A stretch of 47,416 nt of DNA from Deinococcales bacterium (lineage in GTDB: Bacteria > Deinococcota > Deinococci > Deinococcales > JAAFIG01): positions 1 through 47,416 of the forward strand of contig JANNVX010000102.1 of the NCBI GenBank assembly GCA_031414595.1, written 5' to 3'. The translations under genes and the position numbers were made by a program. Shown here piece by piece: positions 46,369 through 47,416 of the stretch; positions within the stretch are counted from its first letter, which is position 1; each line of letters begins with the position of its first letter. The notes beneath the pieces were generated by a model that saw only the letters and a list, made by a program, of their open reading frames with translations, had not been told where the DNA came from and searched no databases.

Positions 46369-46755
46369 ATGCAATATAAAGACATTCTCACATCTGGACC
46401 TGATACCACATCAGTTAGTTTTTTGGGAATACTAGGGCTAATACTAATATTGATTTTATTTTTTTGGATTTTTTCAAACTACATATACCATTTTTTTGAT
46501 TGTGATTTTAATGAAAAAGAATTTTTCATTAAAGCTGGTATCCTCATAATCAAAAGATTTGAATTAAGTAGAATTGGAAACATTAAACACATCTCACTCT
46601 TAGAGTTTTTCTTGTATCCATTTGCTATACGTCTTGTGAGTTTCTCAATGTATTTTCTGCCTTCTTATCTAGTAACTATAGGTAAAGTACAATATATTGT
46701 AACTCCTAAAAATTCAATGCACTTTTCTGAATTTATTAAACGTTTCAAGCCATAA
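46369..46755 (+). CDS. AT-rich hypothetical membrane protein
   Basis: RBS GGAGAGG; N-terminal TM helix; AT-rich; directly after the IS3 remnant. Confidence 0.65.
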   Translation: MQYKDILTSGPDTTSVSFLGILGLILILILFFWIFSNYIYHFFDCDFNEKEFFIKAGILIIKRFELSRIGNIKHISLLEFFLYPFAIRLVSFSMYFLPSYLVTIGKVQYIVTPKNSMHFSEFIKRFKP

Positions 46756-46942
46756 CCGTATGAAAATCATTTTTAAAATCAATCCTTCCTCAAAGTCACA
46801 CCCCGTGTAAGGTGGGCATCGCCCATCTACATAATCATCTCATCTTTCATAACTTCTTTCCCGCTCGCTCTTCTGCTCGAGCCTCGAGCTTGGAGCTAAG
46901 GAGGAAATTAAGGACAAATGAGGAAAGAGGAAGGCAAGATCA

Positions 46943-46975
46943 AAAGCAAAAACCCCGCCATCTCGAGCGGGGTTT
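46943..46975 (-). terminator. Intrinsic terminator of the Rpn-family gene
   Basis: AAACCCCGC-N8-GCGGGGTTT hairpin with a U-tract on the minus strand. Confidence 0.7.
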
Positions 46976-46989
46976 GGGTTCTCTCGGGT

Positions 46990-47415
46990 CTAAGAAATCC
47001 CGTTCTGCCTTAAACTCTCTTCATTTAATCCTGTTGCAGCTGCGATTTGCTCTAAGCTCATTCCCAAGGCTTTTAGGTTTCGGGCTGTTTTTAAGTTGGC
47101 GTTCAGTTCCCCTCGAGCTTCAGCTTCCTCCACCGCCGTTTTTAATGTCGCATAATTATCACGCAAGATTTTTAGGCTTTGCTGATAACTCTTTTGTTCC
47201 CTCGGTTTGAGATTGGCAAGTTTAGCCCTTTCAAACGCACTGGTAAACACTTTATCACTTAAGAGTTTGGGAATGCTTTGTAAGTCCTCTAAGTTCTTAA
47301 TGAAATACAGCCATTTATCAAGCCGTGTTTTTAGTTCCTCGAGTCGTTTACTAAAATTTGGTATCTCGAGATAAATAAGCGTGAGTTTGTCACAGAAAAC
47401 AAGGTTATTTTGGTC
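46990..47415 (-). CDS. Rpn/PD-(D/E)XK nuclease-family putative transposase, C-terminal part (partial)
   Basis: The frame is open from the window edge: DKLTLIYLEIPNF...LDKWLYFIKN...TARNLKALGMSLEQIAAATGL. Confidence 0.88.
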   Translation of the reverse strand, partial: DQNNLVFCDKLTLIYLEIPNFSKRLEELKTRLDKWLYFIKNLEDLQSIPKLLSDKVFTSAFERAKLANLKPREQKSYQQSLKILRDNYATLKTAVEEAEARGELNANLKTARNLKALGMSLEQIAAATGLNEESLRQNGIS

Positions 47416-47416
47416 T

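Noticed and set aside
1-47416. CTCGAG abundance as an XhoI cloning/linker artefact
   Set aside because: The sites sit within intact reading frames of conserved genes in all three frames, with no junction-like breaks.
1-47416. CRISPR arrays, tRNA or rRNA genes
   Set aside because: No regularly spaced repeats were seen, and nothing recognisable as tRNA/rRNA appears in the short intergenic gaps by eye.

Overview
Chromosomal segment of a moderately AT-rich (~45% GC by eye) bacterium, most likely Deinococcota. The assignment is inferred from pervasive leaderless promoters, Deinococcus-type secreted lipoproteins and protein styles. Core genes are ispG, a split glycine-cleavage operon (gcvT-H-PA-PB), gmk, intein-containing dnaE, purH with a ZMP/ZTP riboswitch, and a RecQ-family helicase. 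They are interleaved with many small toxin-antitoxin-type genes (HicAB, MNT-HEPN, XisHI, orphan antitoxins) and IS fragments at both ends. The most striking signal is the palindrome CTCGAG: about 270 copies by hand count (~5.8/kb, roughly 30x random expectation), in all reading frames, like a cyanobacterial HIP1-type highly iterated palindrome. It is absent from a 2.1 kb foreign gene. Other highlights: (1) a translationally coupled operon containing an unannotated YxxPxL RiPP-like peptide, a secreted two-Cys peptide and a methyltransferase; (2) a foreign PNP/nucleosidase-Nudix fusion, a candidate anti-phage effector; (3) a REP doublet inserted in-frame in dnaE; (4) an MNT-HEPN module bracketed by a perfect 27-bp direct repeat; (5) a ClpN-acidic linker-peptidase S51 fusion; (6) a stand-alone degenerate GyrB ATPase domain. 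All calls come from reading motifs by eye; no database searches were run.
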